Part shown: one piece after another, positions 9,100 to 17,536 of the stretch
How the letters are laid out: each line of letters opens with the position of its first letter
Position numbering within the stretch: position 1 is the stretch's first letter
From: a virus
Direction: 5' to 3' (one strand)
DNA: 64,000 nucleotides
IMG/VR virus record: IMGVR_UViG_3300046782_000297
Location: 3,178 to 67,177 of that record
Translations under genes and position numbers: made by a program
The notes under the pieces: model-generated
The model's input: the letters and a program-made list of their open reading frames with translations, nothing else
Databases searched by the model: none
Told to the model about the DNA's origin: nothing

Positions 9100-9838
9100 G
9101 TATCTTCCTCACAATATCCTGAGCCTTGGCTATCCCGATTCCAGGTATTCTAAGCCAGTCTGCCTCATCGGCCTGAGCCAACACAATAGGTTTTCGGAAC
9201 AGCCGCTCTGCATCCTCACTAAGTTTTACACCCACGCCATCTATGTCACTGGCCCATTTCCTAACCAAACTCGCTGTGAAGTTCATCTGGGGTATGGCTA
9301 GCTTAGGAATTTCCCTCAGACTGGTGTGGTCGGCCCACTTTTTCTGATGGTAGTGATAGCACTCTACAATATCCAGAGCAGTGTGGAACACCGTCTGTGT
9401 AAAGTTTACAATCACCCCGCTGTAAGTCATTGAATACAAATACCTGCGGAGTTTGGAGTACATGACTGTTCGGCCATTTGGGCGGCATAGGAACCAATCA
9501 CACCCATTCTTAGACTCCATCAGCATCCCATCCTCACGGGCCTTCCAGAACCCCTCAACAAACAGGAAGCTCACCCTGTACATCTGCTTCATGCCAATAC
9601 GCTGTTTCCCAGCATAGTTGGAGGTGTCAATGGTGTTCAGCATGTCATGCAGGGCCTTACGTTCGATGCCGATGGTCATATTGCCGTCCGGCCCATTACC
9701 ATCAAAGCAGGCATCCCCCCACTGTAGGGGATTGTGCTCACACTCTATATTGAGTGACCTGATGTAGGTTCTCAGGCTGGCCTGATTCTTGTAGTTGGCC
9801 GAGCTTTTGTCACCACGGGGTATGTCTACAAGTATCAT
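9089..9838 (-). CDS. ERCC4/XPF-like nuclease with C-terminal HhH
   Basis: ILVD...GD...IERKALHDMLNTI (ERKxxxD), FVEG, and IPGIGIAKA. Confidence 0.8.
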   Translation of the reverse strand: MILVDIPRGDKSSANYKNQASLRTYIRSLNIECEHNPLQWGDACFDGNGPDGNMTIGIERKALHDMLNTIDTSNYAGKQRIGMKQMYRVSFLFVEGFWKAREDGMLMESKNGCDWFLCRPNGRTVMYSKLRRYLYSMTYSGVIVNFTQTVFHTALDIVECYHYHQKKWADHTSLREIPKLAIPQMNFTASLVRKWASDIDGVGVKLSEDAERLFRKPIVLAQADEADWLRIPGIGIAKAQDIVRKIHGY

Positions 9839-10044
9839 AGGTTTTCTACTAGCTTATCCCTGAGTGTGCTGAGGTAAGTAAACTGGTCAATGTTCTCCAT
9901 TAGGGCCTGATCCAAGAGCCATAAAGGCTCATGATCCCAGAGGTTGCCACCATGCTCAGTCACCCCAGCCTCATACTTGCGGCTCAGGGCCTCTACAAAC
10001 CTCTTACCTAGAGATTCTACATGGGCCTTTTGCTGGGGTGTCAT
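9835..10044 (-). CDS. Small all-alpha protein, possibly MazG/dNTP-diphosphohydrolase-like
   Basis: KYEAGVTEHG...WLLDQALMENIDQFTYL. Confidence 0.4.
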   Translation of the reverse strand: MTPQQKAHVESLGKRFVEALSRKYEAGVTEHGGNLWDHEPLWLLDQALMENIDQFTYLSTLRDKLVENL

Positions 10045-10300
10045 TGTGGCTCAGCACACCCAAGGTCTTTGAGAATCTTCCGGCCAGCTAGAATCATGTC
10101 TTCAGCATGGTGCTTAAGAGTCTGCCTATCCGCCCCATCCAAACTGGGGTTGAGAATATCAATTGATCCATCCCGGTACTGTCTACCAATATCAACTAGT
10201 ACTGATAACTCCCTATCCAGTCTGCCTATACTTAAATTGAATTTATCTGATGGCATTTCTTTCATATCCTCAGCCTTCATACCCTTTTTATTTGATGGCA

Positions 10301-11182
10301 TTAAAACCCCCACTCAGCCGGATCGTTGTCAGGGTATACATGCTCAATCAGTCCCCTCAGGTTGCACCTGTCGCCCCAAAGCTCATCACCCTCCAACCTC
10401 TTATTTGGCTTGCACTTCATTATTCTCAGCCCCCACTGAGGCTCACCCTTACTAATCACTTTCCCTTTAAGAGGTCCAGCCGGGACTACCTTATCCACCC
10501 CAGCCTTGAACAGGTGCCTAATCTGTATCTGCCAGAGGTAATCCTGATCGTTAAATCCCTGGCGCTTATACTCCCCGTTTATCTTTACCTGAACGTTCTT
10601 GCCCTTAGCGTCCTTAGTGGGGTGGCCCCTAGAGTCCAACACATCCTCATATGCATCCTTGAGCTTATGGGTAGCAATAATAATCTTGCCCGAATCCCAC
10701 AGCCGTTTGGTCATGTGGCGCTTCATCCCATACACCATGGGATAGCTTAATGGGTGAATCTGGTCTATCCGGCCAAACTCTGCCAATAACTGGAGTGCCC
10801 ACAGGTCGCTATCCCCATCAATGCAGACCGTTCTAAGTTCTGGGATGGCCACGAAGCTGTACAATTTACTTCTGGTGTCCTTAAAATACTGCGTGTATTC
10901 CTCATCTTTGAGACCAATGTTGGCAGTTGGAACCACGACGTTCTCAATTGCTATATTCTCAAGGCTGCCCCTGGATTCAGGGGGAAAGGGATTATCCAGT
11001 GCCCCATCATAGCTACAGTCCACAGCCAGGATGGCACTAGGCCCAGGTGCCGACAGCAGAAACTCAGTTTTGCCGGTATCCGTAAGTCCATCCGTACCCA
11101 GCATGAGTCTCTTATACTTGGGCTTCTGTTTGGACAATGCTGAGACCATGTTATATTTTGCGAAAATAGCCGGAACTGCCAT
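10301..11182 (-). CDS. P-loop ATPase (AAA_24/Sak4-like, putative recombination function)
   Basis: Walker A GLTDTGKT, Walker B TVCIDG, IIATH; next to a PD-(D/E)XK nuclease and an SSB-like gene. Confidence 0.65.
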   Translation of the reverse strand: MAVPAIFAKYNMVSALSKQKPKYKRLMLGTDGLTDTGKTEFLLSAPGPSAILAVDCSYDGALDNPFPPESRGSLENIAIENVVVPTANIGLKDEEYTQYFKDTRSKLYSFVAIPELRTVCIDGDSDLWALQLLAEFGRIDQIHPLSYPMVYGMKRHMTKRLWDSGKIIIATHKLKDAYEDVLDSRGHPTKDAKGKNVQVKINGEYKRQGFNDQDYLWQIQIRHLFKAGVDKVVPAGPLKGKVISKGEPQWGLRIMKCKPNKRLEGDELWGDRCNLRGLIEHVYPDNDPAEWGF

Positions 11183-11189
11183 GTAAAGT

Positions 11190-11834
11190 TTACGCTCCTG
11201 TCATCCTGAAATCGCGGTATGCGGTTATCATTGCCCAGTTTTCATCAATCTCCTGCTGGGTAAACTCGATCTTGAACCTTATCATCTTGGGCCGCATGAA
11301 TGGCCTATCATAGCTGCCATACAAGAACAGCACATGCAGGTCAGCAAATCTAGTCCCGGCCCCCTTACAGTAAGCCTTAAGCTGAGCCATCCAGATGAAT
11401 TGGTCCCCCACACTGATGGCATCCTCCCCTACTGTGTTAATGGACTTGGCGGTGGTCTTGATCTCGTGAATCCGTAGCTGGTGCTGAGGCCGACTATCTA
11501 TGATGACGGTGGATAGCTGCTCGCCGTCTGGACTCATATAGATCCCGTCTACATGGTATTCGCCAGGGTGGTCGATAACTCCTTCAGGACCAAGGACTTG
11601 GGGGATATACCATTCTTCCCAGGCCAGCCCAATGCTCACCCTCAAGGCCACATCTGGGTCCAGGAACCGCATAGTGGGTTTAACCTCAATCAGGCTAAGT
11701 TCCTCTACCCACTCCGGTCTAAGGTGGCCGGTCTCTACTGCCAGTGCTCGGATAATGGCGCTGACATGGACCCCAGCAGAGCGCCCCACAGACTGGGGTA
11801 TGACTATGGTTACTGGCTCAGAGGTTACTTGCAA
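11190..11834 (-). CDS. PD-(D/E)XK exonuclease
   Basis: HVS...GLAWEE...MSPDG...HEIKTT...QLKAY. Likely TTG start at 11834. Confidence 0.75.
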   Translation of the reverse strand: MQVTSEPVTIVIPQSVGRSAGVHVSAIIRALAVETGHLRPEWVEELSLIEVKPTMRFLDPDVALRVSIGLAWEEWYIPQVLGPEGVIDHPGEYHVDGIYMSPDGEQLSTVIIDSRPQHQLRIHEIKTTAKSINTVGEDAISVGDQFIWMAQLKAYCKGAGTRFADLHVLFLYGSYDRPFMRPKMIRFKIEFTQQEIDENWAMITAYRDFRMTGA

Positions 11835-12312
11835 CGTATTCCCGCCGCTTGCTTTGTATACTGGCCTTAACTCTGGCGATAGCTGATTCCCTGCGCCACT
11901 TCGCAACCTCCGGGGCAACCTGCTGAGTTTCAAACAGGGCAATACTGTAGGAGCCAGATGTCTGGAGCAGTCTACCTCTATACAGGTTGTACACCTCTCT
12001 GGTTGGGTCAGACCCTAAAATCAGGTGGAGAGCTACCCTCTCCTGATAGGAATGCCTCTGGTGGGTCATAATATATAGATGGGCATTGCCCCCTTGGCTC
12101 ATCGTGTATAGCTGGGATACTATGGTGATGTTGTGCATTAGCACTTCACCAGTAGTACTCTTGAATCGGGCTTGCATCTTCATAACTGCTGGAGCATATG
12201 GCTCATCCAGGTCCAGAAATAACTCGTAATCAGATGGAAAGAAAGGCACAAGACCCATTTCTTTGGCCACTTGAATGGCTTCTTCTTTTGTTCTTCCCCT
12301 ATCGCTACTCAT
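11818..12312 (-). CDS. Small protein with AEP/prim-pol-like motifs
   Basis: LFLDLD (DxD) followed by SQGGNAHLYI (sGxH), within the replication operon. Confidence 0.35.
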   Translation of the reverse strand: MSSDRGRTKEEAIQVAKEMGLVPFFPSDYELFLDLDEPYAPAVMKMQARFKSTTGEVLMHNITIVSQLYTMSQGGNAHLYIMTHQRHSYQERVALHLILGSDPTREVYNLYRGRLLQTSGSYSIALFETQQVAPEVAKWRRESAIARVKASIQSKRREYVASNL

Positions 12313-12375
12313 ATTCAGTCCCCTCGAATATATGTAAAGTTTACATGGGGGTGAGTTACCCCACCCCCAAGATTA

Positions 12376-13326
12376 CTAGGCAGGCAGGATCTTCTTAACC
12401 TTCCGGTCAAACTTGAACCCCAGGACTTCAACCACACCCTGCAAGTTGTCATCATCGGAAAGGAAAGACGCCACGGCCTGAGCTACGGAGTCATCGAATG
12501 CCCCAGCAACCTCTTTAAAGGTGCCAGTGCGAACAGCTACAGCGAACCCGCCGTTAGTGTTCTTCTCCAGATAGCCCGCCACTCCAATTTGTGCTGCCTC
12601 AGCAACATCATCGGCTGTGAGAGCGGCCCCAGCTTCTTGCTCCACTGGGGCTGGTTTGGTAGCAACGGGCTTAGGAGCCATCTTGCCATTGGGCTTGGGG
12701 GCTGCCGCTGCTGGAGTTGGTGCATCACCAGGAACCCCACCGCCACCTTCCCAGGGCTTTCCATCGTCCTTGATCTCAGTCACGACCAGGATGAAACCGG
12801 AACCCTTACGTTCCTCCTCCTGCCCGTCACCTTCACCAGTCTTGGTCTTTTTGTTCTTGTAGCCCTTGCGCTCCTCCGGCTCAGGCTCATTGGCCAAGTG
12901 GACATGGACCCCATCAATCGTGCTGAGGTCATTGGTGAACACACCATTTGGAAGTCCACAGTCATACATGGACTTCAGGAAAAGTGCCCAGTTGGTGGAC
13001 CTGTTCAGGTTCCCACCAACATTCTCAGCGTCCGGCTTGACCACCAGCCGCTTGCCGGTATCCGGGTCAGGTGAGAACACCTTATCCGCCGAATCACCCA
13101 TCGCCATGAACTTAGTTTTGGCATCACCACCCTCTAAAGGGGTGCATGTGACCATAACGCCAAGTCTCTCAACGTACTTACCCTCTGGGGGCTTCCAGCG
13201 CATGTTTTGGAACGTAAGGGCGTAGTCTCCCTCTGGTACTGCGGCCCCGCCAGAATACTGGCCCAGGTCGCCAAAGTTAACGTAGGCTGTCGCCACTGCG
13301 GGGGCAGCCTTTTTCGGTAAAGCCAT
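12376..13326 (-). CDS. Putative ssDNA-binding/recombination protein
   Basis: Beta-rich N-terminal part (PEGDY...), Pro/Ala linker, position next to the ATPase and exonuclease. Function inferred from context. Confidence 0.4.
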   Translation of the reverse strand: MALPKKAAPAVATAYVNFGDLGQYSGGAAVPEGDYALTFQNMRWKPPEGKYVERLGVMVTCTPLEGGDAKTKFMAMGDSADKVFSPDPDTGKRLVVKPDAENVGGNLNRSTNWALFLKSMYDCGLPNGVFTNDLSTIDGVHVHLANEPEPEERKGYKNKKTKTGEGDGQEEERKGSGFILVVTEIKDDGKPWEGGGGVPGDAPTPAAAAPKPNGKMAPKPVATKPAPVEQEAGAALTADDVAEAAQIGVAGYLEKNTNGGFAVAVRTGTFKEVAGAFDDSVAQAVASFLSDDDNLQGVVEVLGFKFDRKVKKILPA

Positions 13327-13538
13327 AAGTAACCTATTCTCCTTGTTTAATGTAACCGTCAGTGATCCATTTTCGTGCCTGTGTCAAAGCCTCTCTTGCC
13401 GTTCCCTCCTCTCCATCTGCACCTACTGCATGCCATTGCCATCTGTCTTGGGGGGTTCTCCAGATATGAAAGACCCCCTGCATACCCTTACCATACTCAA
13501 ATGTGATCTTAGTTGCATGGTCAGGGATATTACACATT

Positions 13539-13589
13539 TTAGTCTAAGAACCCTGCCCACGAAGCCAAAGCAATGATTAACTCAAGCAT
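13539..13589 (-). CDS. 16-aa hydrophobic micropeptide MLELIIALASWAGFLD
   Basis: Strong RBS GAAAGGAG 6 nt before the ATG; the stop abuts the start of 13334..13537. Confidence 0.45.
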   Translation of the reverse strand: MLELIIALASWAGFLD

Positions 13590-13620
13590 GGGTATCTCCT
13601 TTCGATGTAAACTTTACACA

Positions 13621-15192
13621 CTAGAACTTTAATGGCTGGGGTAGAATATCAGCCCGTTTATAGACTGCGTGGAATGACTTAGGGGCAAGATGACTGTATT
13701 TGTTCTTGAACCATTCCCCAAAATGATCGTCAAAGATGAATCTCTCAGACCAGTCTGTCTCACTCCGCATATCCCTGCCGAATGCCTGAACCAGATATTG
13801 CATAGCCCTATAGTAAACGTACTCTTTATCATCAGCCTGCCTAGCCTTCTGTATTTTAGATGGCGGCTCAAACGGAGTCTTGAGTACTATCTGGAACCGG
13901 CACTCGTCATCAGGAAAATCATAACCTGTTGATACGCTTGGGCTAACCAGCCTATACCCAGGTCCGGCAGCCTTGTACTCCTCTACCTTTCTCGTAATAG
14001 ACTGCCCTTTTCTGTTGGCAATCATGTAGTCTGAGAATCGGCTGACATCCAGTAACTCCTCCTGTCTGGGATAGCTTATAGTGTGGATGATCCCCTTGAC
14101 CTTCTGCCTAGCGGATAACACCTGATCCACACGAGTCCACAGCGGCCCCAGGTTCCTCCCATACTCCACTTTCATAGTCGGCACCCAGTAGATAGGACAC
14201 CTATTGGGGTCAAACGTGCTGGGATATTCAAAGAAGTCAAACTGCTCCCGGCCAATGCCAGACATGAACATAGTTTTTGGCCGGACAGTGGCACTGAGCA
14301 CAGCCACTTTCGGGACCTTGAGTAGGAGTGCGCTCTCTACGTACCTCCCAGGCCGGATAGGATCAAATTGGAATCCATCCTCTATCTGCTCAACAATCCA
14401 GTCATTGGCTGCTGCCGTGGCCAACACACCCAAGCGTCTTACCAGATGCTTCATGTGGGTGTAGTGCTTTACCCAACTGGCTTTGGGATTGCTATTGTGT
14501 ATGAGCCTGCCTCTGGCCGTGACCATTTCCTGCTCAGCTATCGTCCTGGCCGCACTAGCCCATTGCTTCCACTCCCTCATATCTTCCAACTCACTGCCGC
14601 CAGGGAAGTTAATCTTCAGGTCCTGCTCAATCTCTTTGCTGTGGAAGGTAAGCTGCATTGCCCTGGCCAGAGCCTCGGGCATATGGTGACCCTCATCGAA
14701 TATCACCCGGCTAATATGGTTGAGACCTTGACCATATTTTTTCGAGGATGTCCACTTGTCGTAGTTGGTTAACACGATCGGAGAGATAGCGGCTCGCATT
14801 TCGGCCTGAGAGGCTGGACACATGGGGGTGCCCTTATAGGTGCATCTGGCGTTGTAGCCCTGAGAGCATGTAAAGTTTACATCTCTCCTCATCTCACATA
14901 TGTAGTTGTCTCGGCCCCTCAGATCGGCCACGCCCAAACTCTCGCCATCCTCTAAGTACTGATCCTGCAAGCCCTTAGTGGCTGTGACAATACAGGTGGA
15001 CTCCTTGAACACCTTCCATGCCATGCTGGCAACACCCAACACAACCCCCGTCTTGCCAAACCCAGTCGGAGCGGATATCACAGTCTCCCGCCTGCTGCCC
15101 ATTAGACACTTTTCAATGGCATCTTCCTGGTTACTACGCCAGTCCTGGAATTTTTCAGGCAGCCCTAGCTGCTGTGGTGATGGGATTTTCAC
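13621..15192 (-). CDS. DinG/XPD-like SF2 helicase
   Basis: APTGFGKT, DEGHH, LSAT, STGYDFPDDECR and QAFGRDMR, plus a Cys cluster after motif Ia. Confidence 0.85.
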   Translation of the reverse strand: MKIPSPQQLGLPEKFQDWRSNQEDAIEKCLMGSRRETVISAPTGFGKTGVVLGVASMAWKVFKESTCIVTATKGLQDQYLEDGESLGVADLRGRDNYICEMRRDVNFTCSQGYNARCTYKGTPMCPASQAEMRAAISPIVLTNYDKWTSSKKYGQGLNHISRVIFDEGHHMPEALARAMQLTFHSKEIEQDLKINFPGGSELEDMREWKQWASAARTIAEQEMVTARGRLIHNSNPKASWVKHYTHMKHLVRRLGVLATAAANDWIVEQIEDGFQFDPIRPGRYVESALLLKVPKVAVLSATVRPKTMFMSGIGREQFDFFEYPSTFDPNRCPIYWVPTMKVEYGRNLGPLWTRVDQVLSARQKVKGIIHTISYPRQEELLDVSRFSDYMIANRKGQSITRKVEEYKAAGPGYRLVSPSVSTGYDFPDDECRFQIVLKTPFEPPSKIQKARQADDKEYVYYRAMQYLVQAFGRDMRSETDWSERFIFDDHFGEWFKNKYSHLAPKSFHAVYKRADILPQPLKF

Positions 15193-15193
15193 T

Positions 15194-15388
15194 TTAACTC
15201 ACGATATTCTGCGTTGATTGGCTGTCAGGTAGAGGGGAGTCGAGATAGCATTCCAGAGCATACTTGACTACATGGGAATAGAGTCTACGCTCCTGACATG
15301 CCCTTTCTTTCAGTCTATCTATTAGGGGTATGGGGATTCTTACTGCGACTAGGCGGGTCTTTGGTCTTTTCGGTAGCTTCTTATTCAT
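15194..15388 (-). CDS. Ribbon-helix-helix (Arc/CopG-like) regulator
   Basis: TRLVAVRIPIPLIDRLKERACQERRLYSHVVKYALECYL; first gene after a promoter. Confidence 0.7.
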   Translation of the reverse strand: MNKKLPKRPKTRLVAVRIPIPLIDRLKERACQERRLYSHVVKYALECYLDSPLPDSQSTQNIVS

Positions 15389-15401
15389 AAACGATAGACA
15401 G

Positions 15402-15430
15402 TATATACCTACTGATATACACTCTGTCAA
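15402..15430 (-). promoter_or_regulatory. Sigma70-type promoter of the replication operon
   Basis: TTGACA (15430-15425), 17 bp spacer, TATATA. A-rich upstream and just after a terminator. Confidence 0.6.
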
Positions 15431-15445
15431 CATTTATTTTTGGGC

Positions 15446-15476
15446 AAAAAATAACCGGGGCTGGTAAGGCCCCGGC
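15446..15476 (-). terminator. Rho-independent terminator ending the late/lysis block
   Basis: CCGGGGC-CTTACCA-GCCCCGG followed by TTATTTTTT on the minus strand. Confidence 0.8.
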
Positions 15477-15677
15477 TCTTTAAGAGGGGAGAAAAAGAGA
15501 AAGCAAAGACTAACTGACTGACACGAGCACCGACAGAACTGGTTCAACTACTATGGTCACTTCTTTAGCAGACTTCTGGAGTTGGAGTTCGTCCTCACCT
15601 AGTTGCATATCCAGTTGCATTTCGCCAAAGCAGATGTGACCACAACAATCCATAGTGTAAACTTTACACCCACAACC

Positions 15678-15706
15678 AGTATACTACTTAACTACTGTTG
15701 TGTCAA
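15678..15706 (-). promoter_or_regulatory. Near-consensus sigma70 promoter with a palindrome just downstream
   Basis: TTGACA (15706-15701), 17 bp spacer, TATACT (15683-15678); palindrome at 15656-15668. Confidence 0.65.
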
Positions 15707-15900
15707 GGCAGTAGGCGGTGGGATGACCGGAGGCACAATGCCCTCAGCAATGTAAATCTCATTCGCCAGGGCAATCAGCATTGGCCGATACTTCGCTTGG
15801 CTTGTGGGATTCTTGACGGTTGAGAGCAAATAGCCGACACCGTTCTGTACAAGATTCATTTCAAGCATTTCCAGATATGGGTTATCCATTAGGTTATCTC

Positions 15901-16152
15901 CTAGGGTGTGTTTGTTGGTAGTGGGTCCGACCCGTTTGGGTCTTTCTTAACGTCTGGGACAATGATGGAAACCAGTCTTCCCAGGACGAATGCCGCCTGG
16001 GCCTCTCCCCATGCAATGAACGCAGCATCATTCCCACCTGCATCCTGTTTGTGCATCAGATGAACGCACATCGAACAGGTTGCAATGAAGATGAAGGCGA
16101 GGAGAAGTTTGTTGAAGTGGTCACCTACTTTTATTTCTTTAAGGAACGACAT
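15901..16152 (-). CDS. Small membrane protein, holin-like
   Basis: Two hydrophobic segments, located at the end of the late block. Confidence 0.4.
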   Translation of the reverse strand: MSFLKEIKVGDHFNKLLLAFIFIATCSMCVHLMHKQDAGGNDAAFIAWGEAQAAFVLGRLVSIIVPDVKKDPNGSDPLPTNTP

Positions 16153-16155
16153 AAG

Positions 16156-16446
16156 CTACTCCGGTTTTTTCGGGATGTCAATGCCCGACTTTATAGACAG
16201 CGTTGTCAAGCTCTCAGAAGACCAATTGGTCATTCTCTTCAGCCAGCTTACGTTACTCTTAATAGGCGCTATGGTGGCGTCCACTATGGCCTTATTATGT
16301 TTCATCTCCAACATTACGCCCTTAACCAGCATCTTTACATAACCAGTCAATAGGCCCATAAGTATTAGGGCAACAAAGTGTACTACCCAATCAGGTACAG
16401 TAATCGCACTAACATCAGCCAACCAGAGCAGCAACAGGTGCAGCAT
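16156..16446 (-). CDS. Small membrane protein, holin-like
   Basis: Hydrophobic N-terminus and TM segment WVVHFVALILMGLLTGYV, followed by a charged tail. Confidence 0.4.
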   Translation of the reverse strand: MLHLLLLWLADVSAITVPDWVVHFVALILMGLLTGYVKMLVKGVMLEMKHNKAIVDATIAPIKSNVSWLKRMTNWSSESLTTLSIKSGIDIPKKPE

Positions 16447-17401
16447 CTTTTTTATCCTCCTTGGAACGTCTTACATAGATGCCTACGTCATCAAGTTTAA
16501 GTGAGCTATAGCAGAAGTTTTGATGGGGGCAAGTATAAGGTTTGTCGCAGGCATATCTGCTCATAGGTATTTCCCTTGGCTGGATGTCCGCATAATGCTC
16601 CATCTGTTGAGCCTCAGTTCGCACCTGTTTTTCCCATGATTCAATATGCTGGGGCGACAATTCCTTAACTGAAATGTGCCTAACTAGATCGCCAATAACC
16701 CCATCACGTATCATAAGGTCAACCCATTCTTTGGGGTTGTTCTCTGTACGCTCAGAAAACCATAGCTCCCGCCAGCCTTCAGTGAGTTGTCCGCCACCCT
16801 TTTTCTTGAACTTATATACTCTGGCCACTTTAGGGTGAGCGTAAACTTTACACCACTGAATATTCTGGTGGGACTTCCTCCTCTGTCCAATAGCTACTAA
16901 GTGAAGTGTCATTGGAGCGTCAGCCGCAGCTATGTCCCCAAACACCTCCCAAGAGTGTAGGTACTCCAATATGTCTTCTGGGATGTAGTCAACAAACTTC
17001 CAACGGTGCAGTGCTCCTGCCTCATCTATGTGGGATAGGAATTGCCAGGATAGACTAGGGGATAAACTAACTGGGGTTACTTCGCGGAGGGTTAACAGGC
17101 TGAGACGAGACAGGTATTCCAGCACGTTCTTAATGATCGCAACAAAGTCCATAGACAGCGTATAGGTGTCAATCCCACCTACATCTAGTCCAGGGTTTCT
17201 GGCCTCACCGAGAAACCCATTCACTGCCAGATTCGTGGCTATGGTTTTATCCATGCCATTACTCAAGTTGAACACACTCATCCTAAGCACAGCCGACAGC
17301 AAAGATGGAGGAAACCAGCGGGATAGCCGGTGAGTCCGGCCAATAGCCTGGGGCCTCTTACATCTTTGGAACTGTTCTAGTGTGTATCCGTTTATGACCA
17401 T
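16415..17401 (-). CDS. PD-(D/E)XK / Cas4-AddB-like nuclease-fold protein, possibly degenerate
   Basis: TLEQFQRCKR at the N-terminus and CDKPYTCPHQNFC at the C-terminus (Fe-S staple pattern). A catalytic D/ExK was not clearly seen. Confidence 0.5.
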   Translation of the reverse strand: MVINGYTLEQFQRCKRPQAIGRTHRLSRWFPPSLLSAVLRMSVFNLSNGMDKTIATNLAVNGFLGEARNPGLDVGGIDTYTLSMDFVAIIKNVLEYLSRLSLLTLREVTPVSLSPSLSWQFLSHIDEAGALHRWKFVDYIPEDILEYLHSWEVFGDIAAADAPMTLHLVAIGQRRKSHQNIQWCKVYAHPKVARVYKFKKKGGGQLTEGWRELWFSERTENNPKEWVDLMIRDGVIGDLVRHISVKELSPQHIESWEKQVRTEAQQMEHYADIQPREIPMSRYACDKPYTCPHQNFCYSSLKLDDVGIYVRRSKEDKKDAAPVAALVG

Positions 17402-17536
17402 ACTACATCTTGGGGCTTGACACGCTATGGTATAATTTAGGGGCTTCCCAGGGGAAGGCTGCAAAGCAACTTCCCCGCAACCGGCTTCGCACCCTCCCCC
17501 CAGAAAGCCCCTAAATTCTAACTGATTGTGTAAACT

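Noticed and set aside
11190-17401. Cas4-like nucleases as evidence of a CRISPR-Cas system
   Set aside because: No cas1/cas2 or repeat-spacer array; stand-alone PD-(D/E)XK nucleases are common in phage replication modules.
17435-17517. tRNA gene
   Set aside because: The size is similar but there are no T-loop or D-loop consensus sequences and no cloverleaf; kept only as an unspecified structured element.
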